Positions 17,701-19,356 of a DNA stretch of 19,356 bases are shown here, piece by piece. The position numbers and the translations under genes are program-made. The notes under the pieces were generated by a model that did no database searches, had not been told where the DNA came from, and saw nothing but the letters and a program-made list of their open reading frames with translations. The DNA is from Elusimicrobiota bacterium (GTDB lineage: Bacteria > Elusimicrobiota > Elusimicrobia > Elusimicrobiales > UBA9959): NCBI GenBank assembly GCA_037137395.1, contig JBAXKK010000050.1:1-19356 (forward strand), written 5' to 3'. How positions within the stretch are numbered: position 1 is the stretch's first letter; each line of letters opens with the position of its first letter.

Positions 17701-19356
17701 CCTATAACCATATCCGGCTTTATGCCGAACGAGGTCAGCAGGCGGAACATAGCCATGTCCGCAGTCATCATGGCCGGCTGAGTCATCTGCGTCTGCTTTA
17801 TGGCGTTCTCGCGCTTCTCAAGATCTTCTTTGGATTCGCCCGGTTTTGACCAGAGCGTATCAGTGAGGTTTACGCCTATCATCTTTTCAAGTATGCGGTC
17901 GGCTTCGTCAAAGGTAGCCTGCACCACTTCATACTTGGCGGCCAGATCGCGCATCATGTCCACATATTGCGAACCTTGTCCGGGAAACAGAAAACCTATT
18001 TTAGCGTCGTGTGTCTTACGCCTGAAGGTGTAGACGCCCTTAAGCCTGAAGTTTAACGGCGGGGTGTCCCAGGTCTCAGGCTTGGCGTTGGCGTTCAGAA
18101 AATCTATTTTCTCGCGGAGGTCGGTCGGGGTCTTGGCAACTATGGAAACCCCCCACTCCCGCTGCGGTTCGGCGTTCATCCGGGCAGCAAAAAGCGACAT
18201 CGGATAGGCCTCGGGCAAGTTCAGGAAGGCGGACTCCGCGAGCGCTTTGGCCTCGGCCATAACGGCTTGTGGCGTTGAAGCGGTGAAGGTAACGGCCTCA
18301 CCCTGCAGGGCGGAGAACGGCGTCTTCGGATTCTCCGCAACGGACTGGTGACCGGTGGGCAGTGACTGGTTAGCCGTGCTGTCTTGCTGCCGCGCTGTCT
18401 TGCTGTCGTACTGTCTTGCTGCCGCGCTGTCCGGCTGTCCGGCATACTCTTCCATGGTCACATGAAAATTAGTTCCGCCGAAGCCGAAGGACGATACGTT
18501 CGCTCTTCTTATGCCGCTGGCTTTCCAGGGCTCAGCCTTGGTTATCACTTTAAAAAGGTTCAGGTCGATGGCGGGGTTGGGCCTGTCGCAATTGATGGAT
18601 GTTGGAAGAGTCTTGTGGTGCAGGGCTAAAGCCGTCTTTACCAGGCTGACCGCGCCGGCGGCCGCCTTGGCGTGGCCTATCTGGGATTTGACAGAGGTTA
18701 GTCCGAGTTTCCTGCCGCTTTTTATGTGGGGTCCAAAGATATCTTTAAGCGCTTCCACTTCCGCGGCGTCTCCGACTTTAGTGGCCGTGCCGTGGGCCTC
18801 GACAAAATCCACTTCCCCGGGACCGTAATCCACCTGCGCGAAGGCGTTTTCTATGGCCATTTTCTGGCCCTTGGGATTGGGGGCCGTGATGCCCTTCCCC
18901 TTTCCATCCGAGGACGCTCCAACGGAATTTATCAGCGCGTAGATCTTGTCCCCGTCTCTCACAGCGTCCGAATATCTCTTCAGTATATATACCGCCACTG
19001 CTTCAGCCATGACGAAACCATTAGCCCGCTCGTCAAAAGACCAGGAGCCGTCCGCAGAAAGCGCGCCTATCTTGCAAAACTTGACGAAAGCGGGGGCGGA
19101 CATCATCTCATCCGCGCCGCCGGTTACCGCCATGTCAAATTTACCCGAGCGCAGGCCAAGTACCGCGTAGTCCAGGGCGGCCAGCGAGGAGGCGCAGGCC
19201 GCGTCCAGGGTCATGTTGGGACCTTTAAGGTTAAAAACATTGGCTATCCGGCCGGCGGTGACATTAGACAGCTCTCCGGGCATGGTATCTTCGGTGATCT
19301 TAAGTATATTCTGGTCCATCTGCCCCTCGTATTCCTCCAGGAGGGTTTTTTGCTGG
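11736..19356 (-). CDS. Type I FAS/PKS (PfaA-related), 5'-partial: KS-AT-KS-ACP-ACP-KR-DH
   Basis: Frame stays open past 19319 to the window edge. KS1: DAACASS (Cys 19194-19196), EAHGTAT, KSQIGH. AT: GQGSQ, GHSLGE (Ser 17694-17696), HAFH. KS2: SAACAST, SHET, GFTGHTMG. Two ACPs: EADLGIDTVK. KR: TGGGRGLG, GQSDYAAA. DH: LADHAINGTPYLPG. Confidence 0.95.
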   Translation of the reverse strand, partial: QQKTLLEEYEGQMDQNILKITEDTMPGELSNVTAGRIANVFNLKGPNMTLDAACASSLAALDYAVLGLRSGKFDMAVTGGADEMMSAPAFVKFCKIGALSADGSWSFDERANGFVMAEAVAVYILKRYSDAVRDGDKIYALINSVGASSDGKGKGITAPNPKGQKMAIENAFAQVDYGPGEVDFVEAHGTATKVGDAAEVEALKDIFGPHIKSGRKLGLTSVKSQIGHAKAAAGAVSLVKTALALHHKTLPTSINCDRPNPAIDLNLFKVITKAEPWKASGIRRANVSSFGFGGTNFHVTMEEYAGQPDSAAARQYDSKTARQQDSTANQSLPTGHQSVAENPKTPFSALQGEAVTFTASTPQAVMAEAKALAESAFLNLPEAYPMSLFAARMNAEPQREWGVSIVAKTPTDLREKIDFLNANAKPETWDTPPLNFRLKGVYTFRRKTHDAKIGFLFPGQGSQYVDMMRDLAAKYEVVQATFDEADRILEKMIGVNLTDTLWSKPGESKEDLEKRENAIKQTQMTQPAMMTADMAMFRLLTSFGIKPDMVIGHSLGEYAAATAAGVFTLENGLRAVTSRAKEMSTVKVKDPGKMASIGWPAEKVEKELKKIDGYVICANKNCPQQTVIAGERKAVEKAVELFVSLGVQAQEIAVSHAFHSAIIEPAIGPYRKFLENIPTAPWTIPLLSNVTADYFPADKQATYDLLLKQMTSPVEFIKQLERMYADGVRTFIECGPKRVLSAFATSTLKDKKGLTILSSNHPKRGGITEFNDLLANLMALGFTLNWTGKHPEQGGGFFNPYYQGWQQQWLVDSGEWLVGGAEKSSSPLITNHSSLATDHSPLTTERSAFAARYGFNFNNIAVSGIAGGTPGTWDKLFREHNLDEILAGKNMIEPIPMDWRDKQIDKNIIRVIKSPTGNHSIAKIDSTDQAIKLSARKGQFDLEKEFGVPNNIAKALDTTFKMAMAAGVLALKDAGLPLIHYYKKTTTGSYLPEKWALPEPLASETGVIFASAFPVMESLINEVAGYFNYKYRGKTAAQMWEVYDNIIGKLENPNDRTALRTWMEQTFTKDRSAQEKDMYTFSQNFLMKVIPIADSQFAQWVGAKGPAMHISAACASTTQAVHTAECWLRAGKAKRVVIIAADDITSSIVQEWAMPGFLASGTASTKESVAEAALPFDKRRDGLIVGSGAVGMVIEDETLVRGRGMKPLARLLLTESANSAYHVSRLDTDHVADVMTKFVKKVEDLYGLDKSQFAKKTFFMSHETYTPARGGSASAEVKALKKAFGAHAADVIISNVKGFTGHTMGSSLEEVVSIRALNTGIIPPIANYKEPDPELSGITLSKGGKYDLQYVLRFAAGFGSHMAMSFTERVFKEGENRIEDRARHIDWLKAISGEENPELEVIFNTLRVKDKKTAGKTPYTPAKEPAMAATSAAAPAAISHMGAAPAIGHTPEAISQPEPVAAHKETPEAYGLKPTAYGDLSQDSVQAEILTMIAEKTGYPKDMLELDLDMEADLGIDTVKQAELFAGIREHYNIARKENLSLKDYPTIRHCIKYVMDEKGAAPAIGHTPEAISQPEPVAAHKETPEAYGLKPTAYGDLSQDSVQAEILTMIAEKTGYPKDMLELDLDMEADLGIDTVKQAELFAGIREHYNIARKENLSLKDYPTIRHCIRFVLDETDSNTARQQDSAVVAAVANPPVHQSSNPPSIVKQEPSYPKRHIRYVPTIIPAPVENEVITKLSSKRPVVIFGEDLDLIKAFRSELNKHRIESFVFTSAKTKLKDTVQVDFRDLPALEKALTDFASTHDNVQGVFYLMGCVIKGLGAETNAFEDLKRYAMPLFLAGKYFNGGLNKLEEGHSTFLAVVTTLDGGFGYKTREIYDPVYGAIHGITLCLRKELDKSIVKLLDFEPHASSQTMVQKTFYEILYSDKRLAIGYAENKRWTLIGKPELLEKDKERTPLNGKKIIITGGGRGLGALFARTIAAQHKPHIVILDIIELNADSARFAAMSESELKTYKTGTLWQELKAKMDKATPAILEREFTRIKDSAQLYRSIEELKALGVKVSYYRCDLNNKEVLDSVMNNIKTDLGQVDGVAHFAGLERSKLVVDKTLEEFFLIFNTKANSAVNMLKSGIVKEKGFWVMISSIAGKFGNLGQSDYAAASDYIAKLAISLTNKGVRAFGVDMTAYANIGMGIRPGVEAFLKSQELDFLYPEEGMNALADELVYGKVPEIVLSGSLGKLDWDKQLRFDPNFPDASGSEFHFLERAAKNVKGLELEAAKEFSVEKDPYLADHAINGTPYLPGVMGIETFAEAAAAVSGEKPRVLKDLRFTVPIKLLRGKPVNALVRANAQRGGYDLRIESDFVNAKGVKLGATKTHFSARYEPGPAKGGWEGLDKPDLPKHAKYKITAEEIYNIYFHGPSFRVLDGILSIEKDAVLGVFKKPVAALWRVKTPALLFHPMVLEALFQTCGWRDIHFDRKMMLPDGVGQVVIYDNNPDPDRLYTYAVYKGTTEDGKTLYDAYAFDSEMRPVAELKDYMGIPTQI
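14242..14326. repeat. Two octamer tandem arrays in the ACP-KR linker
   Basis: ggaggatt agaggatt ggtggact ggtggatt (14242-14273) and gctgtctt gctgccgc gctgtatt gctatccg (14295-14326). Confidence 0.7.
14356..15033. repeat. Tandem duplication of linker+ACP (324 nt x2, period 354 nt)
   Basis: 14356-14679 versus 14710-15033; only two nucleotide differences seen, both silent. Confidence 0.95.
16824..16934. repeat. Inverted heptamer repeat element (AGTGRYN / CCACTMN) in the AT-KS2 linker
   Basis: Eight units agtggtt agtggcg agtggtc agtggcg agtgacg agtgatt agtgatt agtgggg (16824-16879) and five units ccactaa ccactcg ccactat ccactag ccactg (16901-16934). Confidence 0.88.
18343..18441. repeat. Heptamer plus octamer tandem arrays in the KS1-AT linker
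   Basis: gactggt gaccggt gggcagt gactggt (18343-18370), then eight GCTGYCNN-type octamers (18378-18441) encoding GQPDSAAARQYDSKTARQQDS. Confidence 0.82.

Overview
Bacterial, GC-rich window with every supported gene on the minus strand. In transcription order (right to left): (1) a 5'-truncated, >2500-aa type I FAS/PKS with the unusual layout KS-AT-KS-ACP-ACP-KR-DH, in which both KS domains keep the Cys/His/His triad and both ACPs have Thr (LGIDT) instead of the Ser that normally carries phosphopantetheine; (2) a Na+/Pi cotransporter-family gene; (3) a ~235-nt structured non-coding RNA candidate; (4) an Sfp-type 4'-phosphopantetheinyl transferase; (5) an acyl-CoA carboxyltransferase; (6) an operon for a group 4 [NiFe]-hydrogenase-like/complex I-like membrane complex (three antiporter-like subunits, then NuoJ-, K-, A-, B- and partial C-like subunits). 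A second layer of degenerate 7-mer and 8-mer tandem repeats, often arranged as inverted arms, occurs both between genes and in frame inside the PKS linkers and the PPTase. Several of these elements share a spacer core ATAA(G/A)GAA(A)CTCCT. All calls come from reading motifs by eye; no database searches were run.
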